Shown one piece after another: positions 35,232-46,074 of a DNA stretch of 64,000 nucleotides; the stretch's first letter is position 1, and each line of letters starts with the position of its first letter. Below the pieces are notes generated by a model, which was given only the letters and a program-made list of their open reading frames with translations, was not told the DNA's origin and searched no databases. Origin of the DNA: an uncultured Phycisphaerales bacterium. GTDB lineage: Bacteria > Planctomycetota > Phycisphaerae > Sedimentisphaerales > Anaerobacaceae. The stretch covers positions 256,001-320,000 of the forward strand of contig CAVYYI010000004.1 in NCBI GenBank assembly GCA_963772725.1, in the 5' to 3' direction. The translations under genes were made by a program, and so were the position numbers.

Positions 35232-36567
35232 TTAACGAGCTGACGGTGTTTGGCTTCTCCTGAACTGCGGAGTAAACGGATTAGTAGTCCCGTCATCGCG
35301 AGATTCCTGCTGTTGTTCTCCGATGATGACCGCGAGTCCTTGTTTTATTTTATTACCAGATATTTCTGTCATTTTACTATCATCTGTCAGACCTACACGC
35401 ACTTTAATTGGCTTGACATAACCATCTTCCTGAACCCAGACTATACCGTGAGTGCGGCTGTTATTTGCGGATTGCGTTTCAGAATTTGTCGATGATTGTT
35501 CTTCGTTTACTGGATTTGGTTTTTGATGCGTATCACTGGCCAACTCTTCCCTGTGTTCTGGAGAAATCTGTTCGGGCTGCGGTTGCCATTGCAGGGCTGC
35601 ACTCGGAACCATCAATACGTTATCTTTACGGCTCACCTCAAAGTTGACGGCCGCCGTCAGGTAGGGGAGCAATTTGCCGCTGGAATTATCGGTAAGGACT
35701 TCAACTGTATAGGTAACTACATTTTGGGTCATAGTCGCATTGAGACGGACTTTCCCGACCTCACCGTGAAAAACTTCGTCAGGATATGCCGAGACGGTAA
35801 AGGTTACCGGCTGACCCGGATTGATATTTCCAATATCGGCCTCGGCCACCGAAACCCAGACCTGCATGCGTTTAAGGTCTTTGGCGATAAGAAACAAACT
35901 CGGCGCATTTAAGCTTGATACGACTGTTTGACCGATGTTTACGCGGCGGTCAATAATAACACCCTTAACCGGAGACTTGATTGTGCAGTAGCTGAGATTT
36001 CGCTTTGCCCGCTGAAGAGCGGCCTTGGCTTGTGTGATATTTGCCTGTCCAACTGTGATGTTTGCCTTGGCGATTTCATAACCTGATTTGTAAGCGTCAT
36101 AACTGCTCTGGGCTAATGCTTCAGACGGACCGAGTTTTTGAGCGCGCTGCCAGTCTTGCTGTGCCTGATAGAGTTTGGCTTTCATTTGTTCAAGGTTGGC
36201 CTCGGCTTGCTGCAATTGGGCGGCAACCTGTGCCTCATCCGCGGCATAAAGTGAATCATCAATTTGAGCAAGTATCGTTCCTTCTTCCACGACAGAACCA
36301 TAATCAATTGTTTTGCCGTCTTTGTCTTTGCCGAAAGTAAGAATTAGTCCCGCAACCTGTGCGCACGACATCTATCACTTCCTCAGGTTCCACCGTGCCG
36401 TTAGCTCCGATAGTTGCCAGAAGGTTGCCGTATTTCACTTCTGCCGTGCGATAAGAAACCGCGTTTCCTTTGGTATTAGACACATACCAGATACCGGCGA
36501 CGCATATAAAACCAAGTACAATTATTAAAATGATATTTTGTCTGGTCAAAAGCTTAATAAGTTTCAT
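35232..36567 (-). CDS. MacA-type periplasmic adaptor (frameshift near 36365)
   Basis: GANGTVEP, IKSPVKGVIIDRRVNIGQTV, VAEADIG, QNVVTYTV. Confidence 0.9.
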
Positions 36568-36568
36568 A

Positions 36569-37309
36569 TCAATACCTCACTTTGTTATGCTGGTTTTGTG
36601 AAGAGTTTCTAACGATTTCTACGATTGGCGTATTGGCATGTTTCGCAAGTTCTCCATTTTCAATCTGACGTCTGATTTCTCTGATGCCGGCCAGAGAAAA
36701 ACGTGTGATATGCTCTGCCATTTCTTCGACTTGGAATTTCCCAGGCGAAATACCTGCCTTGGCTTCAATATTGGCAAAAAGCTCACTATGCCGCATGCGA
36801 ACCATAAAGTCCAGACACTGGGCCATGATGCTCATCTGGCAAAGCAGAATCCGCTGTTCCGGTGCGCGGTTGCCCATCAGTTCCCGGATAATAGATGCAA
36901 ATTCGCGCCGCAGCGGTTCAATCGTTTTTCGCATAACTTCAGAGAGAAGGCCGGTCGGATTGATGCGTTCCCTGTTTATAATCTCAAACTCGTGACTTTC
37001 AGGGTCGGCAAAACGTCTCAGGGCTGCAAGTATTCGACCATGCAGTCGTTCTTCGGCAGGGGCGCTGGAAGGAACCCCGCCATCTGGCGGATAAGTTGCC
37101 AGCGACCGGTGAAACGCCATACGCCATGCCTCAGTGTATAACGTTTCCTTGTCACCGAAGTAGTAATTGACTGCCGCGATATTGGCACCTGCGCGTTTAC
37201 AGATATCGGCGATTGTCGCATCGCGATAGTTTTTTTTCGCAAACACTTCGCATGCCCCCTCAAGCAGTCTGTCTCGCGTAATGATGCTTGATTTATTTTT
37301 TGATTTCAT
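36569..37309 (-). CDS. TetR/CecR-like transcriptional regulator of the efflux operon
   Basis: TRDRLLEGACEVFA..ATIADICKRAGANIAAVNYYFGDKETLY; HITRFSLAGI C-terminus. Confidence 0.88.
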   Translation of the reverse strand: MKSKNKSSIITRDRLLEGACEVFAKKNYRDATIADICKRAGANIAAVNYYFGDKETLYTEAWRMAFHRSLATYPPDGGVPSSAPAEERLHGRILAALRRFADPESHEFEIINRERINPTGLLSEVMRKTIEPLRREFASIIRELMGNRAPEQRILLCQMSIMAQCLDFMVRMRHSELFANIEAKAGISPGKFQVEEMAEHITRFSLAGIREIRRQIENGELAKHANTPIVEIVRNSSQNQHNKVRY

Positions 37310-37654
37310 ATTGTTCCCTGAACTTAATCGATTAATTCTTATTTCAATCGTCTATTTCAAATACATATTTTAATTTTTTTTGTTCAAATGTCAATAGAAA
37401 AAACTTTTTTCGATAACCATTCCCGGGGAAAACCGCATTTTTGTTCCGCCTATGGCTGAGAGCTTATCGCATTAAAGCCGCCGGCATAACAGTTACGGTC
37501 GTTCCATCTTTTCTCTATACCACAATAAAAAGGGTTGTCAGGGGTGTTTATTTTGAAGGAAATAAAAAACGGGGAAAATTTTTATTGCTAAAGGACATAA
37601 AATCAGGCATAATAATATGTTTATGAGTTTTAAAGTTATCATTAAGGAGCGTAA

Positions 37655-38389
37655 ATGGGACCGGTATTGAACGGGTTGATAAAACTTCAAAGCGTTGAAA
37701 ACCGTTTGGGTGCTACCAAAGCCAAGCTCGCAAGGTGCAGAAGAAACGTAATACTTCAGGAAAATCAAATCAGGAATCTGCAAAGTGCGATGGAGGCCAA
37801 AAAAGAAGAGATAAAGCTGACAAGGCTGCAAAGCGACAGGCTGGAGTTGGAGTTAAGAAGCAGGGAGGAGACGATAGCCAAGGCAAGAACGTCCCTGAAT
37901 GTGGCAAAAACAAATAAGGAATATTCAGCGATTCTGGTTCAGCTTAATACCGCCAGGGCGGACAACTCGAAACTCGAAGGGCAAATCCTCGAATTTATGA
38001 AGGATATCGAAGCAGATGAAGCTGAGTGTAAGAATATCCAGGCTCAGATAGAAGAGCAAAAGCAAAAACTTGAACAAATCCGAGGCGAATCGGAGTCGTC
38101 AGCGATAAAATACGAGGCAGAGCTTAAGGGTATTCAGGCAGAGTGGGACAATGCCGCCAAAGATATACCATTTGAGTCGCTGGCGATATTCAAAAGAGTG
38201 GCGGAGACTTATGACGGCGAGGCATTGGCGATGGCTGAACAGCAGAGTGAGAATACCGATGCGTATAGCTGCGGCGGATGTTTCATGGGTATTACGGTGG
38301 AGACCATAAATTTACTTATGGCTAAAGACGACATAATCCGCTGTCCAAACTGTACCAGGATACTTGTGCTTGGCAACGCGAATGAGTAA
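37655..38389 (+). CDS. Coiled-coil C4 zinc-ribbon protein (DUF164-like)
   Basis: Long coiled coil ending CGGCFM..CPNCTRIL. Confidence 0.88.
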   Translation: MGPVLNGLIKLQSVENRLGATKAKLARCRRNVILQENQIRNLQSAMEAKKEEIKLTRLQSDRLELELRSREETIAKARTSLNVAKTNKEYSAILVQLNTARADNSKLEGQILEFMKDIEADEAECKNIQAQIEEQKQKLEQIRGESESSAIKYEAELKGIQAEWDNAAKDIPFESLAIFKRVAETYDGEALAMAEQQSENTDAYSCGGCFMGITVETINLLMAKDDIIRCPNCTRILVLGNANE

Positions 38390-38433
38390 ATCTCATATTT
38401 TGTGTGTTTCCGGCGATTTGAGGAGCAGTTCTT

Positions 38434-39531
38434 TTGCTGGATGAAATAATTATTTATACCGATGGGGGCAGCAGGGGTAATCCCGGGCCTGCGGCCGGGG
38501 GCTATATTTTAACGGACAAGGCGAAGAATCAGCTTTGCGCCAGAGGGGTGTTTCTCGGTGAGACGACGAACAATGTGGCAGAATACACTGGGTTCATAAA
38601 AGCGCTGGAGGCCGCAAAGAGTATCGGGGCGCGGTGTGTAACTGTTTTCAGCGACAGCGAGCTATTGGTCAGGCAGATTAACGGGCAGTATCGCGTCAAA
38701 AGTGAGAATCTTGTGGAACTTTATAATAGCGCGTTGGAATTATTAAGCACTTTCGGAAGTTGGAAGGTTATTCATGTACCCAGGGATAAAAATTCAGCGG
38801 CGGATAAACTGGTAAATCTGGCACTGGATAAGGGAAGGGATGTTGCCGGGGCTTTTGTGAAGAGCCCCAGTCCGGAGATTAAAGCAGCACCTTTGCACAA
38901 GGCGGCTAAGTCAAAGCCAATCAGGCTCGGTGTTTTAATCAGCGGGGGCGGGACGACGCTGCTGAATATTTTGGAATATATCAAGAGCGGACAGCTTAAC
39001 ACGGAAGTAGCAGTTGTGATAAGCTCACTTTCGACGGCAGGAGGTGTTGAAAAGGCGAAAAAAGCTGGGCTGAATGTAAAAATTATCCGTAAGAAAGATT
39101 ACCCTGATATGGAACAGTTCAGCGGGCGCATCGAGGAGGAACTTGACGCGGCGAAGGTCGATTTGGTGGTTCAAGGCGGCTGGCTGTGTCTGTGGAAGAT
39201 ACCGGCCAAGTATGAAAACCGTGTTATGAATATACATCCCGCGCTGCTTCCGAGTTTCGGCGGGAAGGGGATGTGGGGACATCACGTTCACGAGGCGGTT
39301 TTAAAAGCGGGGTGTAAGATTAGCGGCTGTACGGTGCATTTTTGTACGAACGAATATGATGCGGGACCGATTATTGTTCAGCGATGCTGCGAGGTGAAAG
39401 AGGGGGATACGCCAGAAACGCTTGCCGCAAGAGTTTTCGAGCAGGAGTGTATCGCGTATCCAGAGGCGATAAGGCTTTTCGCTGAAGACAAAGTGGTTAT
39501 TAAAAACGGAAGGGCAGAGGTAAAGCCCTGA
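38434..39531 (+). CDS. purN: Ribonuclease HI - phosphoribosylglycinamide formyltransferase fusion
   Basis: N-terminal DGGSRGNPG/TNNVAEY/DSELLVRQ/NSAADKL (RNase HI); C-terminal GVLISGGG/NIHPALLPSFGG/YDAGPII (PurN). Confidence 0.88.
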   Translation: MLDEIIIYTDGGSRGNPGPAAGGYILTDKAKNQLCARGVFLGETTNNVAEYTGFIKALEAAKSIGARCVTVFSDSELLVRQINGQYRVKSENLVELYNSALELLSTFGSWKVIHVPRDKNSAADKLVNLALDKGRDVAGAFVKSPSPEIKAAPLHKAAKSKPIRLGVLISGGGTTLLNILEYIKSGQLNTEVAVVISSLSTAGGVEKAKKAGLNVKIIRKKDYPDMEQFSGRIEEELDAAKVDLVVQGGWLCLWKIPAKYENRVMNIHPALLPSFGGKGMWGHHVHEAVLKAGCKISGCTVHFCTNEYDAGPIIVQRCCEVKEGDTPETLAARVFEQECIAYPEAIRLFAEDKVVIKNGRAEVKP

Positions 39532-39545
39532 AAGTTATATAAACT

Positions 39546-40023
39546 ATGGCATACGAGAAAAAGATTAACAGGCAACAATCATTCAAGAATTACAAAAGAG
39601 CTGTTTTATCGAAATTTGCAACTGTAATTGTACTGACGCTTATTGTGGCTGGGGCAATGGCTGTGATTAAGGATTATGTAAATCGCTCCGAAGCGATGGT
39701 TGCGATGGATGCTCTCAGTAAAAAGGTTATTGATTATTGCGGGAAATACGGTTCGGTTCCTCCTGAATCATATATCAACGAGCCTCAAAGCCAGTCTGCC
39801 GGGAAAGGTTCGGCTTGGTGAATTGGTTTATTGCGGTTTATGGATTGACGACGATTCGCCGCCTGAGACGATTCTTGCTTATACTCAAAAGAAATACTCG
39901 CGGCTATCTTTAGGGTGCGGCTATGTTGTGCTCCGCCTTAATGGGAAAGTGGAATGGATTAATAGTAAAGATTTTGAATCGGATGTGAATCTGAAAAAGC
40001 CGCCGCTGCCGTTAAAACGTTAA
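39546..40023 (+). CDS. Hypothetical membrane-anchored protein (frameshift near 39780)
   Basis: Two overlapping ORFs, one TM segment. Confidence 0.55.
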
Positions 40024-40167
40024 CAGGCGTTTTTGGGCAGTTCGATTTTTAACTTGATTATATGCGGATTGACCTTATTATATCTGGCTAATATAAACTA
40101 AGCGATGGTCGATTTAAATCAATAAGAGAATTTTTAAAAGAACCAGTGTTTTGAAAGGAAAATTTAA

Positions 40168-41368
40168 ATGGCGACGAAGTTGAGTTTTAACAATAATCGT
40201 GACAATGACAAGTATCTCTTCACGAGCGAATCTGTGACGATGGGTCATCCGGATAAGGTGGCGGACCACATTTCAGACGCAATCCTCAACGCGATGATCG
40301 CGCAGGACCCCAGGAGCAGGGTCGCCTGCGAGACGCTTGTATCGACAGGCCTTGTAGTTGTGGCGGGCGAAATTACCACCAAGGCGATTGTTAATATCCC
40401 GGACGTGGTGCGCGAGACGATTAAGAAAATAGGTTATACCGAGCCGGAGCTGGGTTTCGATTTTGAAAACTGCGCGGTGATGGTTGCCATTGATAAGCAG
40501 AGTCCTGATATTTCTCAGGGAGTAACGGAAGGGCAGGGGCTTCATAAGGAACAAGGGGCCGGCGACCAGGGATTGATGTTCGGTTATGCGTGCAAAGAGA
40601 CGCCGGAACTTATGCCTATGCCGATTCAGCTCGCGCACGCTTTGACGATAAGGCTCGAAAAAATGAGACAGACAAAGAAGCTGCCGTGGTTGAGGCCGGA
40701 CGGCAAGAGCCAGGTAACAGTCGAATATAAGAACGGAAAACCTAAACGTATTCATACGGTGGTAGTTTCAACGCAGCATGCGCCAACTATTCCGTACAAT
40801 CAATTGAGAAAGCAGATTATCGAAAAGGTTATTCTGCCGGTTTTGCCAAAGCGGCTTGTCGATAAAGATACCATCTACCATGTTAATCCTACCGGCCGAT
40901 TCGTAATTGGCGGGCCGAAAGGTGACACCGGCGTAACAGGCAGAAAAATCATCGTTGATACCTACGGCGGAAAAGGCAGGCACGGCGGTGGAGCGTTCAG
41001 CGGTAAAGACCCGTCAAAGGTCGATAGAACCGCATGCTACATGGCTCGTTACGTTGCCAAGAATATTGTGGCGGCAGGTCTTGCGGATGTCTGCGAGGTG
41101 CAGTTGTCGTATGCAATCGGAGTAGCTGAGCCGATTTCGGTTCTTGTGGATACCAAGGGAACCGCGAAAATCAGCGAGCAGAAAATCAGTCATATCGTCA
41201 GAGAAATTTTCCCGCTGACTCCTAAAAAGATGATTTCACATTTGAAACTTGCGCGTCCTGTTTTTGCGCAGAACATCTTACGGCGGACATTTCGGCAGAA
41301 ACCTGCCTGACTTCACGTGGGAGAAGACCGACAAAGTTAAAGAGTTACGAAAAGCGGCAGGGCTTTAA
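40168..41368 (+). CDS. metK: S-adenosylmethionine synthetase (frameshift near the 3' end)
   Basis: [45 protein letters not shown]. Confidence 0.97.
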
Positions 41369-41401
41369 TAGTTTTGAGTGTTGAGTTTTTAGATTTGAGT
41401 T

Positions 41402-41440
41402 AAAAAAATAAGGCGGGTTAAAAGTCCGCCTTACTTTTTT
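41402..41440. terminator. Bidirectional terminator between metK and purH
   Basis: A-tract, TAAGGCGGG/TCCGCCTTA stem, T-tract between convergent genes. Confidence 0.8.
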
Positions 41441-41445
41441 TGTTT

Positions 41446-43056
41446 TTAGTGTTTGAAGTGTCGTTTGCCGGTGAAGACCATTGCGATGCCGTATTTGTCT
41501 GCGGCGGCGATGACGTCGTTGTCTTTCTTTGAGCCGCCGGGCTGGATGATGCATGCGACGCCGACGGCGGCGGCGTTATCGACGTTGTCCGGGAATGGGA
41601 AGAATGCGTCGGAGGCCATCGCGGAACCTTTAGTTTCTTCGCCGGCCATTTTGAAGGCGAGTTTGCCTGATTCGACGCGATTCATTTGTCCTGCGCCAAC
41701 GCCGATAACTTTTTTATTTTTGGCAAGGACGATTGTATTGCTTTTTACATGTTTTGCGGCAATCCATGCGATTCTTAAATCTTCAAGCTGTTGCTTTGTT
41801 GGTTTTGTTTTTGTGGGATAGGTGAGGGAGTCGGGTTCCCATGCGACCAAATCGCGTTTTTGGAGTAAAAGCCCGCCTACGACACAGCGGATATCTCTTT
41901 CGCTTATCGCTCTTTTTGTTTTGTCAATTGCGCCTGTGGCGAGCAGTCTAACTTCTGACCCCAGGTTTTTAAAGTCCTGATTGTTTGAACAGCGTCGTTT
42001 TCAAAAGCGGGGGCGATAATGACTTCGGCAAAGAAGCCGGCGGCGCCTTTGGCTTTGCCGAACCGGGCGTAAGATTCCATAATTGTTGTCGCAAGTGCCT
42101 TATCTACGGTTCTGTTGACGGCGATTATGCCGCCAAATGCGCTGACGACGTCGGTTTCATAGGCCTTCTGATAGGCGATATGAATATCATTGTCGATCGC
42201 AACACCGCATGGGTTCATGTGTTTTACAACTACAACGGCAGGCTCGTCAAATTCCTTAACCAGTTCAAAGGCAGCGTTTGCATCCATAAGGTTATTAAAA
42301 CTGATTTCCTTTCCGCCGGGCAGGAGTGTAGCTATGCCGATGGAAGGTTCGCTGCTGGATGGGAGTTTATAGAAAGCACCGCTTTGATGGGGGTTTTCGC
42401 CGTAGCGAAGTTCCATACCTTTGTTGACAGCGATCGTTACGCGCTTGCGGATATTCGATGCCTGCTTTGGCGTTGAGGTAGTTACTGATAGCGGAATCAT
42501 AAGAGGCGGTAAGGCCAAAGGCGATTCTGGCGAAGTCGCTGCGAGTTTTTTCACTGACCGAGCCTTTATTTGCCTGCATTTCCGAGATTACTAAATCATA
42601 CTGGCAGGGGTCGGTTACAATTGTTACGAATTTATGATTTTTCGCTGCGGAGCGAATCATGCTTGGGCCGCCGATATCGATATTCTCAATAGCTTCTTCG
42701 AGGGTGCAATCGGGTTTTGCAACGGTTTGTTCGAAGGGATAGAGATTTACGCAGACCAAATCAATAGGCTCAATGCCGTGCTGTTTCATTGCGGTAACGT
42801 GTTCTGTTTTATCTCGCAGGGCGAGCAGGCCGCCGTGAATTTTCGGGTGGAGCGTTTTTACTCTGCCGTCCATCATTTCGGGAAAACCTGTAACGGACTC
42901 GATTCCAGTAACAGCAACTCCGGAGTCGCTGAGTTTTTTCGCGGTTCCGCCTGTGCTGATTATCTTGACCCCCATTGTGCTGAGTTTTTCAGCGAATTCG
43001 ACAATTCCCTTTTTGTCGGTAACACTTATAAGTGCGGTATTGATTTTCACATCCAT
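41446..43056 (-). CDS. purH: Bifunctional AICAR transformylase/IMP cyclohydrolase (frameshifted)
   Basis: [49 protein letters not shown]. Confidence 0.96.
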
Positions 43057-43098
43057 TCGAAATCACTTCCTTATAAAATTAAAAAATCAAAGTTCAAA

Positions 43099-44193
43099 TT
43101 ATTCTCTTGGTTCGATACAGTCGATTTTGCCGGTGTCATCGGCTATGTAAATTTTCGAATCCTTTATATTCGCGGCGTGGCGTGAAACATTTGCGACATC
43201 AAGGGCGTAAAGTTGCTTGGCCTTTTTGTTATCCATTACCACGAGTAGGCCATTACTGGTAATCACATACGCTTTATCTTTTGCTTCTGCGAGCAAATCT
43301 AGGCCATGGGGCAACTGCCAGATGAGTTTTCCGGTATTTTTGTCTACGGCGACCAGTCCTTTATCTGGAATATACTGGTAGGCAGCTTTCTGAGTAATCC
43401 TCGGTGCGGTGTTGAGAATTGCGCCAGCCTGATATTTCCAATTGAGTTGGCCAGTAATTTTATCAATTTTCCAGAGGTTTGTGTCCTTACCTGCGAAGAA
43501 CAGCGAATTGGCGTCTCTTATCATCGGCCCGACAATGCCGCCATAGGCGTTAAACTGCCATAAACGTTTCGGTTCATCATCTTTGAAGCATATTACATTG
43601 CCCGCATCGGTACTGAAAACGACCGAATTTTCATCGGCAAGGATACCGGTAATCATCGACTCATTTTCAGCGGAAACCTCAAAAAGCTTAACCCCGTCTT
43701 TAGTTCGCAGGACACGAAGCCTGTTATTGTTATCGGCGATATAGAAATAAGAGCTGTTTCTTGCGGGGGGGCAGGTAATGCCGAAATCGAGCCGCATAGT
43801 ATTCAGTTCCACGCCGGAATCGAGATTAATCTCAGACAGCTTGCTGCCGATTGTGGAAATAAGCTCATTATCATATTGTGAGAGTCCCAAAATCGGAAGG
43901 CCTGTTTCAGTAATATACCTTTGCCAGAGTACCGTGCCGTTATTGGGTTCAGCGCAGACCATGTAATTGAGACTGGAAAGGGCGTAAATGCGATTTCCAA
44001 TTATAGATAACTGTTTTAGCTCTTCCCCATTTTTTATAGGAAGTTTCTGGTGCCAAACGAGCCGCAGGTCGGCGGTCTTGAGCAGTTCTGGTGAAACAAG
44101 ACTTTGCAAGTCATTATCCTGAGCAAAACACTGATTCGACTGGCAGATCAATAAAAGACCGGCACATAAGAAAACAATCTTTTTTAGTATCAT
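43099..44193 (-). CDS. Secreted PQQ-like beta-propeller (BamB-like) protein
   Basis: Signal peptide; repeated DxxTGxxxW motifs. Confidence 0.8.
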   Translation of the reverse strand: MILKKIVFLCAGLLLICQSNQCFAQDNDLQSLVSPELLKTADLRLVWHQKLPIKNGEELKQLSIIGNRIYALSSLNYMVCAEPNNGTVLWQRYITETGLPILGLSQYDNELISTIGSKLSEINLDSGVELNTMRLDFGITCPPARNSSYFYIADNNNRLRVLRTKDGVKLFEVSAENESMITGILADENSVVFSTDAGNVICFKDDEPKRLWQFNAYGGIVGPMIRDANSLFFAGKDTNLWKIDKITGQLNWKYQAGAILNTAPRITQKAAYQYIPDKGLVAVDKNTGKLIWQLPHGLDLLAEAKDKAYVITSNGLLVVMDNKKAKQLYALDVANVSRHAANIKDSKIYIADDTGKIDCIEPRE

Positions 44194-44259
44194 TTTTTAC
44201 CTCACTACATAAGTCTGTCTTGTCATCACCACTTAGTATTATCTCTCCTGCCCCCTGTA

Positions 44260-44556
44260 TCAGGTCAAATCCACATAATCAACCAAATCAACGTTATTAT
44301 CCTTTTCGAAATTCATCATTTCTTCAATTCGGTTGATATCATCCTGTATCCTGTTAGCGAGCTTAAAAATATAAGGTTTACCCGCCAGCCGGTTCCGGAG
44401 GTCATCAAGCATCGGTTCCCAGCTTCCGCCGTATAATTGCGATTTAAGTACAACCAGCATCCGCTGTTCCTGGGATAGGCTGTTGGCAAAATCTCTAACA
44501 GCTTTGCTGATAGTCTCGTCTTGGCCTTTATCAGAATTTTTTGTTATCTCAGCCAT
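44260..44556 (-). CDS. Hypothetical protein
   Basis: 98-aa ORF with GAGG RBS and protein-like composition. Confidence 0.7.
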   Translation of the reverse strand: MAEITKNSDKGQDETISKAVRDFANSLSQEQRMLVVLKSQLYGGSWEPMLDDLRNRLAGKPYIFKLANRIQDDINRIEEMMNFEKDNNVDLVDYVDLT

Positions 44557-44647
44557 TTTCCAACCTCGATTCAGCCTAATCCTAACAGCTTACGGAAAAA
44601 ATTGCAACAATTTTTCCTAATTTAACCCCAACTAATCAGATATTTTA

Positions 44648-45770
44648 TACTGCTTACGATTGAATTTTCCCGTTTTTATGCAGCTTGAATGTGAAAGTTT
44701 TCTGTCAGTAATGCTCTCAGTTCCGGCAAATATTTCTTTCTCTTCCGGAAAAAGCTCTCACATGCTCGCTTGAATTCACCAAACGTTTCATAGTAGCGAT
44801 TGTTCAGCACTTTTTTCTTAAAAAACTTCCAGTACCGTTCAATCAGATTCAGATTCGGCGAGTATGACGGCAAAAAGATCAATTTGATTTTCGTGCCCTC
44901 GGTATACTCTTTTAACAAACGTGAACGATAATATCGAGCATTGTCAACAATGATGTAAATCCTTTTGGCCTCCGGATGTTTTGCTTCGATCTTAGAGAAC
45001 AAATCAATGGTCGAATTCGCATTGATCGTGTCATAAAACCCTGTCGTTGGCTCCAGTGTTTCGATGTTAATCGCACCATTGATATTCAATCGCTGGCGGC
45101 CACAGTTGGCTTTGAGTTCTTTTTCCCTTCCCGTCTTAATCCAGCCGTAAGAAGGAATGCTGTTGTGCTGCGGGTGGGTGGCATCGGCGAAATAAATTGG
45201 GTCGTTTTGACTTTTGCTTGCCTTGATCTGTTCATATTCCTCGAGAAATGCCTGTTGCTTGATGGGGTCTTGTTTACCGGGAACATGTGTCGGCTTCTTG
45301 TAGGAAAATCCAAGACGATGCAGCAAATCGGTGACTCCGCTGACGGAGTAATGGACCACATACTGCTTGTCAATGTGAGCGATAACCGATTTGGCATCGG
45401 GGAAAATATGATCTTCGAGATATGCCTCAAGTTCGCTCATTTGATGTTCATCGAGTTTCGGTTCTGCGCCGGGATAGTTGTCATCCAGCAATGCCTGGAA
45501 ACCGTCTTGCCGATACCGCTCGAAATAGCCCCGTGATGTCTTCTCATCGAAAAGAAGTATCTCGGCCACCTGAGCCGCCGACCATCCCTTTGCTAAAGCA
45601 ATGACCGCTTTGACCCGGTCGGCCTGACGCTTATCACGCAACGAACGATGCAATGCCTCCAGTTCAGCTATTTTTTCTTTTGACAACTTATAATCCTTCA
45701 TATACGCTGTTTATCGGACAGAAGGTGCTTTTTGATTGAAAAATACGGAATTTTTCAATCAAGAGTAGTA
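44648..45770 (-). mobile_element. IS630-family insertion sequence with an intact transposase (44676-45701)
   Basis: DDE motifs FADATHP / IVDNARYY / SPNLNLIERYW; imperfect terminal inverted repeats TACTGCTTACGATTGAA and TTCAATCAAGAGTAGTA; flanked by TA. Confidence 0.93.
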
Positions 45771-46074
45771 TACATTAATACGGGCAGGTTATTTGTTTTT
45801 GAAGGTGATTTTCCATGCAATAGTGCGGTTTTGAGGCGCCGAGATATCTAATACATCCTTTTTTTATAAATAGTTTTCCGTCGCGAATAACAGAGAAAGT
45901 ATTATTGTTTGAATTGTAACAAGAGTTTTGCAAAAACGCGGCAACGAAAAAAGAATGCTTCACAAAGACTCTCCTTGCTAAATTTATCTACAAATCAGTA
46001 TAAACCAACAGTATAATATTTAGCGTTGGGGTTGTAAAATAATAAAGTTTTTCAGTGAAAGGTGCAGTGTTTTT

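Noticed and set aside
40024..40167. SAM riboswitch upstream of metK
   Set aside because: No SAM aptamer core motifs are visible
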